From: a virus
Reading direction: 5' to 3' (one strand)
Length of the DNA stretch: 64,000 nucleotides
Virus record (IMG/VR): IMGVR_UViG_3300044691_000371
Coordinates: 20,827 to 84,826 of that record
The notes beneath the pieces were generated by a model that did no database searches, was not told where the DNA came from, and saw nothing but the letters and a program-made list of their open reading frames with translations. This document shows positions 50,758-60,478 of this stretch, piece by piece. Made by a program: the position numbers and the translations under genes. Position 1 is the stretch's first letter, and each line of letters opens with the position of its first letter.

Positions 50758-52139
50758 TTTAAGCTCTATCTAAAATTGATTTTAAATCTGCAAATTCACA
50801 GTTAATAATACAGTTTCTCATTTCCACTAATTCAGCGTGTTTTGTTTCCCATACAGAATTTATCCATTGACGTGAAATATCGCCGTTAGGTAATTCGCGT
50901 TTTGTTTTGCCTTCGATCAAAACTTTGTCAATTGCTTTGTTTAAGGCTATTATTCCGGTATGACCCTCATAGTCTTCGTAACGTTGTTGTAGTTGGTTTA
51001 AGTTTAGTGTGGTTTCCATTTTTTATTTGTGTGTGATTAGTTATAAGCCTAAAAGTTGTTTGATGTGATTGTTTACTTCAATTATAAATTCTAAATAAAG
51101 ATCATAATTATCACAATCTTTTTTTAAATAATTCTCAATAGCTAAATTCTTTTCTTTTATTAATCTATCAAGTTGCCTCTGTGTTGAATTTAAATAGGCA
51201 TCATAAATAAGTGCTTCGTCATTGCCAACTTTGATAGAAATATCTTTATATGTTTGTTGATTTCGCATAATCCAATTATGCAAATCATATTTAGTATTAT
51301 CTATTGTAGCTCCCATTTTTATTTATTGATTGGTTCTAATTCAATTGATTTCAAAGCTTTTTATTTTCCTGCTTTCCATAAAGCAAGCAATCGTTTTTTA
51401 AAAGGAGATATTTGCGGTTTTCTATCAGTTGCGTCCTCAAAATATGGAGGTGTTAAATGATCTAATTTTTGAACTTTCCCAGTGAGTTGTGTCATTGTTA
51501 AATGATCTATTTCAAACTTTGTTGGCTCGCTCTTTTGCTTTTTAACGTACTTCCTTTTTTGTACTGGTTCTTCTTTAAAGATAGTAAGCTGTGCTTTTGC
51601 TATTTGCATGTTAAAATTTAATTATGTTAACTTTTTTCAATCTTTTCATGGTTTTGCCTATTTCATCCATATATTCTGATGCTTGAAAACCTCTGCAAAG
51701 ATTCATATTTACGCCTGCACGATTGTAACTTTCAACCGATGCTTGTATTTGGCGTTTAAGTAATTCGCGTACTTCTTTACGTGTAAATGTTTCTTGTGGC
51801 ATGATTAAAAAATGATAGTTTGTTCCACAAGTCTTTTAACCATATTTAAAGTAACTGCCTGACTGTTGATTCGGTCAAAGAAGTATTCGGAAGTATTTTC
51901 AAATGACATCCAATAGGTAGCTAAGGTATCGCCATCGACTTCTAAAAGGAATTGTTTGTAGTCTTTAAAAGTTAAAGAGTTATGATTCATAACCTGACGT
52001 GTTACAGATTCTATGATCTGCATATCGGTTTCTACTGGCAAGTTTTCCATTAAGTTGAAAACTAATTCAGCGAATTGGTCAACTGTGATTTGCTTTTTTG
52101 AAGTTGAAGTTTCCATTGTGTGTTTATTATTTGATAATT

Positions 52140-52170
52140 CAAATCTACACAATGTTTTTGTATTTGCAAA
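52140..52170 (-). promoter_or_regulatory. Repeated phage promoter copy
   Basis: AAAGTTTGCAAATACAAAAAC, 19-nt spacer, TAGATTTG. Confidence 0.75.
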
Positions 52171-52439
52171 CTTTTTATTAAATAATTTTTATTCAGTAGT
52201 TTCTTGTTCTGTTAATTGCCAGTTAGCGTCCTTAACTTTTATAGCTCCACAATTAGTTAAAACAGCTTCCATTTTATCTAAAGAGAGTGTATTTTCCCGC
52301 ACGTACATTTTCCAACATGATACTGCACTTTTCCCGTACCCGTACTTCTTAGCGAAGCCTTTTTGATTAATAAGCGTTAAAAATGCCTCTTTCGTTCCCT
52401 CTATTGATTGTAGTTCCATAAATGTTTTTAATTTTTATT

Positions 52440-52471
52440 CAAAGTTATAGTTTTGTTTTTATAATTGCAAA
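52440..52471 (-). promoter_or_regulatory. Repeated phage promoter copy (start of the early region)
   Basis: GTTTGCAATTATAAAAAC, 20-nt spacer, TAACTTTG; terminator AAAAAAGCCCT...AGGGCTTTTT just upstream (52478-52508). Confidence 0.65.
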
Positions 52472-52658
52472 CTAAATAAAAAAGCCCTTCATTTCTGTAG
52501 GGCTTTTTACGAATCCTATAGGCGATCTGACATATTATAATTGCAAAATATAATACAACCTATTTAAGAACTATTGTTGCGCTGTAAATGTAAAGCTATT
52601 AAATAAAAAAACGAGTAGATAATTAAACCTACTCGCTCAAAAAACTTAAAAAATATTC

Positions 52659-53189
52659 TTAAATCTTTTTAATAATTCCGGTAACCGCCCCGCCAGAAAA
52701 AAAAGCGTATACCTTAACCACCAAAAAAACTACTATAAGAAATATAGCTCCGATTGCAGTCCACATCCATAAATTACGCCCGTGTTCGGTATCGCTTAAT
52801 TTTTGTTGAGCCTTTAAATTATCGCTATTGGCTTGTTGTGCTGAAAGTGTACAAGCTGATAAAGCCCGGTTATCTGGGATTGTATCCCTAATTGTAACCG
52901 TATTTGTGATCGTATGTCCAGGTAATGTAATTGTTTTTGTTATAAAGACAGTATCGTGCCTTAAAACGGTATTTGTAATAGTATTACCGGCTATTATCGA
53001 TGTGTCATGCTTGATTAGCGTGTCAGAGCGAAGTTTTCCGGTAAAGCAAGGGTATATCTCATTTGATAGTCTTGAAGCCTCTGTTGGGTTTTGTATAAAC
53101 AAAGCATCCAACCTTTTAATTGGATTGCAACTAAACAAAATAAGCCCGATTATTATCAGGCTTAAATTTATTTTAAAATTATTTTTCAT
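52659..53189 (-). CDS. Unimolecular-spanin-like lipoprotein
   Basis: Lipobox ILFSC after a hydrophobic segment, Thr/beta-rich middle, C-terminal TM helix; last gene of the lysis cassette. Confidence 0.65.
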   Translation of the reverse strand: MKNNFKINLSLIIIGLILFSCNPIKRLDALFIQNPTEASRLSNEIYPCFTGKLRSDTLIKHDTSIIAGNTITNTVLRHDTVFITKTITLPGHTITNTVTIRDTIPDNRALSACTLSAQQANSDNLKAQQKLSDTEHGRNLWMWTAIGAIFLIVVFLVVKVYAFFSGGAVTGIIKKI

Positions 53190-53425
53190 ACGCCCTTATC
53201 TGTCTTCGCGGATGTTGTAACAACCGAAGCATCATTTTTACTGTTAAGCACTGTGCCCCCTGTGGTGTTATAATCTTTTGCGAAATATCCTAAAGCTGCG
53301 ACTATAACCGCACCAATTAGATTTTTCCAATCAGTTGAAAAATTAAAAGTACCGTTTGAAATGATCGGCTGTATAGCTAACCATAAGGCACCTATAATGC
53401 CGATAATTGTTGTTTTGTTGTTCAT
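53186..53425 (-). CDS. Holin-like small membrane protein
   Basis: Two hydrophobic segments, KTTIIG...LGYFAKD; within the lysis cassette. Confidence 0.6.
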   Translation of the reverse strand: MNNKTTIIGIIGALWLAIQPIISNGTFNFSTDWKNLIGAVIVAALGYFAKDYNTTGGTVLNSKNDASVVTTSAKTDKGV

Positions 53426-53437
53426 CTTTTATGTTTT

Positions 53438-54100
53438 TTAATTAATGTTTGCTAATTTTTGTAAGGCGGTAATATCACCATTAAAGTAATTTATATCAAG
53501 TTCGCCGCCTGTAAGTGATCCGTCTTGTTTTCCCCGCTCTGAACATTGCCAAAACAGCCAATTATTAAATCCTTGTGGCAGTTTAGGTACATGATCCTGA
53601 TAACCAGCAATCCATAGATCATAAATCCCGAAAGGTTTTGAATCGCCTAAATATTCCTGTAAGAAGTTAGGTGAACAATAAACAATTGGCTTGCGGCCTG
53701 TTCTCGTTTGTGTAAGTTCCAAAAGCTTTAAAGCATTATCGCGACATTTTGATTTATTCATCAAAATATATGTATCAAGTTTTCTACTTTCTTGTGGTGT
53801 TTTTCCGACCTGATTCTCAACATCAATGACAGGAGGCAATACACCGCGTGCAGACCAATCAACATTTCTGTTAAGAAAATTATCGGCTTGTTTAATAGGA
53901 TCAGATTGCGCTACCCAAAAATCATAGGTTCCTGTCAATAACCCTTTTTCAGTTGCCGCTTTCCAATTAGTCTGAAAAGCGGGATCGTGGAAAGTTTCAC
54001 CCTGTGCACCCTTTAGGAAACAGTATTTAAAAATAGCTGCTAATAATTTCCAATTAATATTAACTGAATGATTTATGTCGAATCCTAATGGATTATTCAT
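53438..54100 (-). CDS. GH25 muramidase (endolysin)
   Basis: GFDINH, FLKGAQG...DP.F, PPVIDVE, LWIAGY, FWQCS and ELDIN motifs. Confidence 0.9.
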   Translation of the reverse strand: MNNPLGFDINHSVNINWKLLAAIFKYCFLKGAQGETFHDPAFQTNWKAATEKGLLTGTYDFWVAQSDPIKQADNFLNRNVDWSARGVLPPVIDVENQVGKTPQESRKLDTYILMNKSKCRDNALKLLELTQTRTGRKPIVYCSPNFLQEYLGDSKPFGIYDLWIAGYQDHVPKLPQGFNNWLFWQCSERGKQDGSLTGGELDINYFNGDITALQKLANIN

Positions 54101-54101
54101 T

Positions 54102-54866
54102 TTAATTTGCTTTAATAACCTGTGTAGGATCGAAACCCAAATTTTTAATCAATTGCTGAAGTGTAACCATTCTTTTTGTCAGCATAGATTGATTTTCACT
54201 TTTATTATTTGGCATCCAATAGCATGTCATTGTACCGCCATATTGAAGTATTTTGTAATAAAATGTCGGTTCGGTGTCAGTTATTTTGCCATCTGTAAAA
54301 GTCGCTTCACTTCCAAATGTTCCTACCCATTCGTTAACATCCATTTTTTGTAAAAGTGTACGCGTAATATTTTCAGTTGCAATTTCAGTCCCTACGTTTT
54401 GGCCTTGTGATTCCATTGCGGCATTGAAAGTATAGGTATCCGAAAATATTGCTGCATCTTGACACCATGCGTTTACTATCCAGCAATTGTTATGTCCTTT
54501 TGCTATCTCATCACCTTTTGGTTTTACTATCTTATTTGCCGCTACATATACCTTATCTTCGTTTGGTTGCCCCACAACTGAACTCCATGCTGCAAATACT
54601 CCCGTACGTGGTAATTTTAAGGTTTTAACTTTAGCATAATTAGCTGCTGTTAATTTTTCAAATGTTACTAATGGCATATGTCTTTCTGTATCCGCAATAG
54701 AAGTGTAAAATGGATTAACCCAAATTTTACATGCTTTACAAAAATTGCTTTTTTTAGTTGGATATTTAGCGTATAAAGCTTTTACATAAGCTGCATTATA
54801 TGTTTGAGCGACTGAAATTTGCCACAAACTTGAAATAGCAATCAATAAAATCAAACTTATTTTCAT
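54102..54866 (-). CDS. Secreted DNA/RNA non-specific endonuclease (NucA/Serratia family-like)
   Basis: Signal peptide; AKGHN (DRGH-like), DTYTFNAAMESQGQN, PTFYYKIL and YWMPN motifs. Confidence 0.7.
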   Translation of the reverse strand: MKISLILLIAISSLWQISVAQTYNAAYVKALYAKYPTKKSNFCKACKIWVNPFYTSIADTERHMPLVTFEKLTAANYAKVKTLKLPRTGVFAAWSSVVGQPNEDKVYVAANKIVKPKGDEIAKGHNNCWIVNAWCQDAAIFSDTYTFNAAMESQGQNVGTEIATENITRTLLQKMDVNEWVGTFGSEATFTDGKITDTEPTFYYKILQYGGTMTCYWMPNNKSENQSMLTKRMVTLQQLIKNLGFDPTQVIKAN

Positions 54867-54933
54867 AACTTTTTTTGTTAAAATTACGCTAAAAGTTTTT
54901 ATAATTAAAAATAAAATTTTTATTGAAAAAAAA

Positions 54934-55482
54934 TTACGATTTATAAGGTTTCAATCTCGATAGCCAACTATTTAAAAATTGTGCCTGATGTGGGTGAGTT
55001 GCAAGCTTTCTATAAAATTCCTCTCGCAATGAATTATATCTATTATACAAATCAGGCTGTTTTGAGGTGTTTATAGCAACGATCGTTTTTTGACCTATTA
55101 TACTATCACTTATTACATTTGATGCTTCCTGAATCATTTTAGCTGCCTTTATAGTACCTGAATTTACACCAAAATCATAACAGCTATCTGCAAGTTGTTG
55201 GTCGTTTAACTGATCGAGTTTATTTACATCCCAAAAATTAGTTTTGTAGAACGAATAAACTAATGATTGCAAAATTAAATCTTGTTTAGCCCATTGGTTT
55301 ATTGTACCATCATCCGTTCCGTGAATATTTTTGATTGAATCTATATGATACCATCCTTGCCAATTAGGCCAGTTATTTCTTGAAATTCCTGCATAAGTCT
55401 CCCCTCCATGATCTGATTGGTTATTTGAATAGCCACCCTCATTAATTCCTGTTAAATGTTCTGCTTCATTAAAATTTGCCAT
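54934..55482 (-). CDS. GH108 lysozyme with peptidoglycan-binding domain (endolysin)
   Basis: EGGYSNNQSDHGGETYAGIS, FYKTNFWD, DFGVNSG, IIGQKT and FLNSWLSR motifs. Confidence 0.92.
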   Translation of the reverse strand: MANFNEAEHLTGINEGGYSNNQSDHGGETYAGISRNNWPNWQGWYHIDSIKNIHGTDDGTINQWAKQDLILQSLVYSFYKTNFWDVNKLDQLNDQQLADSCYDFGVNSGTIKAAKMIQEASNVISDSIIGQKTIVAINTSKQPDLYNRYNSLREEFYRKLATHPHQAQFLNSWLSRLKPYKS

Positions 55483-55483
55483 A

Positions 55484-55567
55484 TCATATTAAATTACTAA
55501 ATAAGGCTAAAATAAATAATATTGCCCAACCCCAAGTATAAGACTGCGAAAGTATTTTTGTTATCAT
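55484..55567 (-). CDS. 27-aa membrane peptide (MITKILSQSYTWGWAILFILALFSNLI)
   Basis: Manual translation; TATATTTG 3 nt before the ATG; stop 1 nt before the GH108 ATG. Confidence 0.45.
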   Translation of the reverse strand: MITKILSQSYTWGWAILFILALFSNLI

Positions 55568-55591
55568 AATCAAATATAAACATTTTCAAAT

Positions 55592-55659
55592 AAAAAAGCA
55601 GATTTAGGCACTCGCTGCCTCTGTCTGCTTTGTCCTACTTATGAAAACTATTGATTTGA
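55592..55659 (-). ncRNA. Candidate small RNA in the lysis cassette
   Basis: TATATTTG at 55664-55671, ~30-nt body, terminator AAGCAGA..AGGCA/TGCCT..TCTGCTT plus T run. Confidence 0.45.
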
Positions 55660-55672
55660 TTATCAAATATAG

Positions 55673-55954
55673 TTATTTCATTTTTAAAATAGCCTCGTTT
55701 TTTGCTTCTATACTTTTTTTGAGTTCCTTAATTTCATCTTTAAGATCATCCATTTCCTTTTCATACCGTAATTCAATCCTTACCCTTTCCGATTTTATAC
55801 CCTCTATTTCCTTGTCCCGATCTTTAATTATATTAATATTTATACTGCTATTAACAAGGTAATTGAATACGCCTATTAATCCAGCCCCGCCAAAACATAC
55901 GCCTAATGTTGCCACTATAATTGACCACCAATCTAACATCATAATTATAGCCAT
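55673..55954 (-). CDS. Single-TM coiled-coil protein (holin/antiholin-like)
   Basis: N-terminal TM segment, C-terminal coiled coil, upstream of endolysins. Confidence 0.55.
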   Translation of the reverse strand: MAIIMMLDWWSIIVATLGVCFGGAGLIGVFNYLVNSSININIIKDRDKEIEGIKSERVRIELRYEKEMDDLKDEIKELKKSIEAKNEAILKMK

Positions 55955-55966
55955 GTCTTAAAGTTA

Positions 55967-56494
55967 TCATTTTTGTGGAAGGTTAGAAAGTGCATTTGCT
56001 TTAAAAAGTATTTTTTGATTTACACGGTCGAGTGCGCTTTTCATGTCTGCCTGCCAATCTGTATCGTTTTTATCAACGACATCAAAAACGCCAGTTCGTA
56101 AAAAGTCTTTCATGTTTTTAATATCCAAATAGCCCGAAACTATGATTATATAAATACCTGGGAAAAATTTATGTAAATAGGTAATCATTTCAATAATGTT
56201 ATAATCCATAAACCCAGGCAAGCTAATATCGAGCATCACTAATTTTACTTCGTTTGTAATAGCCCTCTTAAATTCATTAGGATTATTAAAACTTTGCACA
56301 TTGTACATATTTTCAATATTAAAAAATTTATTGAAAAATTCTTCAACTGTTGGATCATCGTCCAATATTAAAGTTATTATTTGCTGTTGTTTTAAGACCA
56401 CAAATTTGCCCTCCAATGCTTTGTTTATTTCCGAAAGCCTATCTTGTGCATCAAGCTTAATTATCCATTCTGATGCTAGTTTAATACCTTCCAT
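55967..56494 (-). CDS. Orphan response-regulator receiver (CheY-like) protein
   Basis: ILDDD, VMLDISLPG (phospho-acceptor Asp), IIIVSG and GVFDVVDK motifs; no output domain. Confidence 0.85.
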   Translation of the reverse strand: MEGIKLASEWIIKLDAQDRLSEINKALEGKFVVLKQQQIITLILDDDPTVEEFFNKFFNIENMYNVQSFNNPNEFKRAITNEVKLVMLDISLPGFMDYNIIEMITYLHKFFPGIYIIIVSGYLDIKNMKDFLRTGVFDVVDKNDTDWQADMKSALDRVNQKILFKANALSNLPQK

Positions 56495-56762
56495 TACTTT
56501 AATTTAATATGATATTTTTTCTCTATAAATGGCTTTAAACTGTCTGCCTGTCGCCTACAGGCATCTGTATCGCTTTTTCTTTGAATATATTGCCATTTAT
56601 CGTAATAGTAGGCAGCCTTTTTATCGTTAAACATAAGGCTGTAATAGCTATAAATAGTGCTGTATTTTTGAATACTATCACAATAATTATATTTATTTTG
56701 TGCGTTTAATTGTACCGAAAACGGTATAATTAAAACAATTATAATTAGTATTTTTTTCATTT

Positions 56763-59714
56763 TTATTGATAAGCTATTTTAAGTTCGTTAATACCCAATT
56801 GCACACCATATGATGAGCTGCCCCAATCAAAGGACATACGTATATATTTAGGGTAATTTAAATTAGCAGTGCCATCAAAAATAGGCTGTACGCTTGTTAA
56901 TTGTGTTCCATATAAATCTATATTAATATACACACTTGTTGAGTTATACTTTGCAATTACAAATTTATTATATCCGTAACCAGTTGAGCCAACGAAGTTA
57001 GAATGATTGTAAGGCCCGTTGCTTACACCATTAAAGCCTAAAGTAAAGTTTCTGAATGGCTTTAAAGTAGCTATTATTTTATTATTGTTGTCAAGTATGT
57101 CGATATGGTACTGATCGTTAGATGTGCCGACAACCGAATTAAATGCCAGCCTAGATAAATCAATTAAACCGCTTACCTGCCACTGTGAACACGCCGTTAT
57201 TAATGGAGTTGACACCTGTACATAATAATGTGAACCTGCTCCGGCATGCGATCCTAACATAATAACGTCAGGACTTCTGCCAAGTTCGCAGCATACTGCG
57301 CTTCCTACGGTTGATTTAAATTGATCTCCGCTGTTTGTGAAATATTCAGCAGGTGAAACAGTCCATCCCGGTTTACCTTGTGGGGACTGCCCGGCCACCA
57401 ATGCAGATAAAAGATCAATCTGATTAGGTATAATTGGCAAAACCCTGTTCGTAAGCTTAACATTTGTTGTTTGCTCATTTACTGAACTTAAGTTGTCAAG
57501 TGTCCAGCGGTGAAAGCCTCCGTGTGCACTTTCTTCGTTAGTGTAAATTTCTATCTTACTTGCAACTTGAACCGGTCGAAGTGTTTGTGAGTTATTGGCA
57601 TAGCCGTAAGGCGCATCCATATTAGTTACCTGCGGCCCTAGAAATCCAAATTGCGTTAACACCAGTCCTTCATCGTTTGTTACGGTAATGATGCTGGTTT
57701 GGCTATTTTTCCAAAATTCTCCGTGATATCCGAATATGTACCAGTTTTGTATCGAATTAACATCGTTGCCAGGCTGTTGTACACTATTACCAATATCAAA
57801 AAATTGCGGCTTTGGAAATAGGCCTTTATACGCTATAAATGTTTCGTACAGGGTTTTAAACTTAAACCTGCTGTTGGCTATGTCATATCCTGAAATATGA
57901 AATAATTTACTTGGGCCGGTAGCATTTGAACTTCCGTACAGGCCTAAAATTCCCGAATTTGAAATGGCCCAATTCGAATTACCGCTTGCAACATCAGTAC
58001 CTAATACCATACTTGCCGCTGTTGTTGCAGATGCAAAGGTTGGATTATTACTACCGTCAAAACCGGTTAATCTTAGTTTGTTATAGTTAAGAACCCGGGT
58101 AGGATAACTGCCTGTTGCAGTCCTGTAATATACGCTACCCGTACTATCAATCTGTGAGCCTGACGGTAGTACTGAATTTATCAATCTAAAGCCTGTTGAT
58201 GTTAATTCAACATAGTATGGATGGTTGCTATCCTGCTGTACAAGGGCATATCGTTTACCATTTGATGCCAATAAAATTCTTGTTACTGGTTGTGTTCCAC
58301 CCCATCCTGCTGGAAACGCATACCCGTAATTATTTGTTAATGCCCAGCCCGAAGCAAGTGGTTGTGAATAATCAATAGTGTATTCCGCAAGGTTTTGAAA
58401 TACCTGTGTGGGTTGGTTCATTACTGTATTAACATTGTACAGCCTGGGCTGCGTCATAATGTTATTGATATACGACCCGGTCTTATCAAAGTGCTGATAG
58501 CGCCAGTTGCCGACATCACCTATCCATAACGAGCTATCCGATTGGTGCGTTATAAAAACAGGTAAATAACCGCGGGTATCGTTGAAATAAAATTTGGTAT
58601 TGGTAACTGTTGGCGAGGTTGAATAATCAACCCCTACTGTGCCAATAGTGCTTATTGATGCAAGTGTAGTGGTATTGTATTGCTTTACAACTTGTTGATC
58701 TAAGACAGATAGCTTACCCGCGTAAACATCGGCGCCCATAATATGAGTAAAGCCACTAATAATGCTACCTGTGGCAGTGAGAGTGCCATCTGAATTTACA
58801 GTATACTTATTTTCTGTTGTGCCGTTGGAGACCCAAAGCGTGTTATCGTTCTCTAAGTTTAAATTATCCGGAGAGGTTATAGCATCCGTTCTGATTAAAG
58901 CCCCTGTAGCGCCGTTTAAAACATCGATCTTATTTTGTAAAGCGTGAGCAACCAAAAGGTATTTACTTCCTCCTTGCTGTACGGCCATGCCTGTAATACG
59001 TCCTGTTGCACCTAATGTATTAGCATCAATTGCGTGATTAAAAATACGCATCGGGGAAATATTAACTACTGTCCCGGCTGAAAAAGCTACTTCAGCATCA
59101 TTAGAAACTGCGGTAGCCCAAATGAAGTTTGTTCCTTGATTATAATCGCGGCCACCGTAATAAACATTGGTCGAGTTTGCGCAAATAAAATAGCCGCTCA
59201 TTCCTGTATTTATACCCGGTACTACGTTTATTTTTACATTTGGCGCAGATTTTAAAACTTTAAATAACCCCTGATGATCCCTTTCGCTAAAAGTGGCCAG
59301 GCCGTACATGTAATTGCCAACTTCAACCATACCGCTTATAGTGCCGTAGTAATAATGAACAGTAGCACCTGTATCTGAAAGTGAGGTGTTACCTATAATT
59401 CCATCCCATGTATTGGTAATATTATTTTCTAAAATCTTAACTTGGTATGTGGTGCCGATTGTTAACAGATTACCTTTATCGTCCAATCCATCCCATTGTA
59501 ATGTATGTGGGCCAGCTTCAAAATGTTCTTGAGCGAATAATGTTCTAACTAAAATACCGTTACTGTATACTCCTGCTGACACATTACCACTTGCGCTGAA
59601 ATTTAATGTATAAGTATTGGGTAGAGTTTTGTTAACCGGTAAAGTTGATTGCGCATTTGCTATAAAATTTGCATATATGCAAAAAAACAAGCATATGTAG
59701 AGTAATTTTTTCAT
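56763..59714 (-). CDS. Large secreted-type protein: signal peptide, FlgD Ig-like domain, beta-propeller-like repeats
   Basis: MKKLLYICLFF..ANAQ; VSAGVY..G.LVRTL...AGPHTLQWDGLDDKG (FlgD_ig). Confidence 0.75.
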   Translation of the reverse strand: MKKLLYICLFFCIYANFIANAQSTLPVNKTLPNTYTLNFSASGNVSAGVYSNGILVRTLFAQEHFEAGPHTLQWDGLDDKGNLLTIGTTYQVKILENNITNTWDGIIGNTSLSDTGATVHYYYGTISGMVEVGNYMYGLATFSERDHQGLFKVLKSAPNVKINVVPGINTGMSGYFICANSTNVYYGGRDYNQGTNFIWATAVSNDAEVAFSAGTVVNISPMRIFNHAIDANTLGATGRITGMAVQQGGSKYLLVAHALQNKIDVLNGATGALIRTDAITSPDNLNLENDNTLWVSNGTTENKYTVNSDGTLTATGSIISGFTHIMGADVYAGKLSVLDQQVVKQYNTTTLASISTIGTVGVDYSTSPTVTNTKFYFNDTRGYLPVFITHQSDSSLWIGDVGNWRYQHFDKTGSYINNIMTQPRLYNVNTVMNQPTQVFQNLAEYTIDYSQPLASGWALTNNYGYAFPAGWGGTQPVTRILLASNGKRYALVQQDSNHPYYVELTSTGFRLINSVLPSGSQIDSTGSVYYRTATGSYPTRVLNYNKLRLTGFDGSNNPTFASATTAASMVLGTDVASGNSNWAISNSGILGLYGSSNATGPSKLFHISGYDIANSRFKFKTLYETFIAYKGLFPKPQFFDIGNSVQQPGNDVNSIQNWYIFGYHGEFWKNSQTSIITVTNDEGLVLTQFGFLGPQVTNMDAPYGYANNSQTLRPVQVASKIEIYTNEESAHGGFHRWTLDNLSSVNEQTTNVKLTNRVLPIIPNQIDLLSALVAGQSPQGKPGWTVSPAEYFTNSGDQFKSTVGSAVCCELGRSPDVIMLGSHAGAGSHYYVQVSTPLITACSQWQVSGLIDLSRLAFNSVVGTSNDQYHIDILDNNNKIIATLKPFRNFTLGFNGVSNGPYNHSNFVGSTGYGYNKFVIAKYNSTSVYINIDLYGTQLTSVQPIFDGTANLNYPKYIRMSFDWGSSSYGVQLGINELKIAYQ

Positions 59715-59716
59715 GA

Positions 59717-60100
59717 TTAATTCCAACTATAAACGCCAGCTGAATTACTGATCGTTCGTAAATAAGATCCTGCCGTTGCCGGTATTGCGTTATTAACTTG
59801 CCCGTTTAATTGCACCGTCCAGCTACCTGTTAACACAAAAATAACACTTCCGCCGCTTCCTAAAGGTATGTTATTTTCACTAAAACTTAAATTGGCGGTT
59901 ACTGTTACTGTTTTATTTGGCGTTATAGGCTTATAAGGCTCATTCATTATAGGCTTAAAGGTTAATACCTCTGGTGTTATATCAATAGTTACTCCACTGC
60001 TTGACGTTCCGTTTACTACTATTTTAGCAAATGATTTTACAGCTATACCTTGTGAGTAAGATATTAATGGTATAAATAATATGATTAATAGCCATTTCAT
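59717..60100 (-). CDS. Signal-peptide-bearing hypothetical protein
   Basis: MKWLLIILFIPLISYSQ. Confidence 0.65.
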   Translation of the reverse strand: MKWLLIILFIPLISYSQGIAVKSFAKIVVNGTSSSGVTIDITPEVLTFKPIMNEPYKPITPNKTVTVTANLSFSENNIPLGSGGSVIFVLTGSWTVQLNGQVNNAIPATAGSYLRTISNSAGVYSWN

Positions 60101-60121
60101 TTTTAATATTTATAAAAGATT

Positions 60122-60478
60122 TTACTGTAGTACAATCCTCTTTTTATTTATAAAGACATCTAATTTAGTTATTAGCTGTGTCCACTTATTAAAATTTCCG
60201 TCCGGGTATATTTGGTAAGTTGAGTTTAAATATCCTCCGTTACGGTCATAAAACATTATTTCCAAAGGCGAATTAGTCGTTGTATCGCGCATAACCGTTA
60301 ATCGATACACAATAGATCGTGCAGTATCATTCCCTCCTGAAACAATCATTGGTACACATTGCCTGGCACCTGGTTGTATCCAAATAAAATCGCCCTGTAC
60401 ACTTTGTATACGCGTTGCTTGTGAAAATGCTGCGATAGCTACTATCAGCAGTGCAATTGTTATGATAAGTTTTTTCAT
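60122..60478 (-). CDS. Signal-peptide-bearing hypothetical protein
   Basis: MKKLIITIALLIVAIAAFSQ. Confidence 0.65.
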   Translation of the reverse strand: MKKLIITIALLIVAIAAFSQATRIQSVQGDFIWIQPGARQCVPMIVSGGNDTARSIVYRLTVMRDTTTNSPLEIMFYDRNGGYLNSTYQIYPDGNFNKWTQLITKLDVFINKKRIVLQ

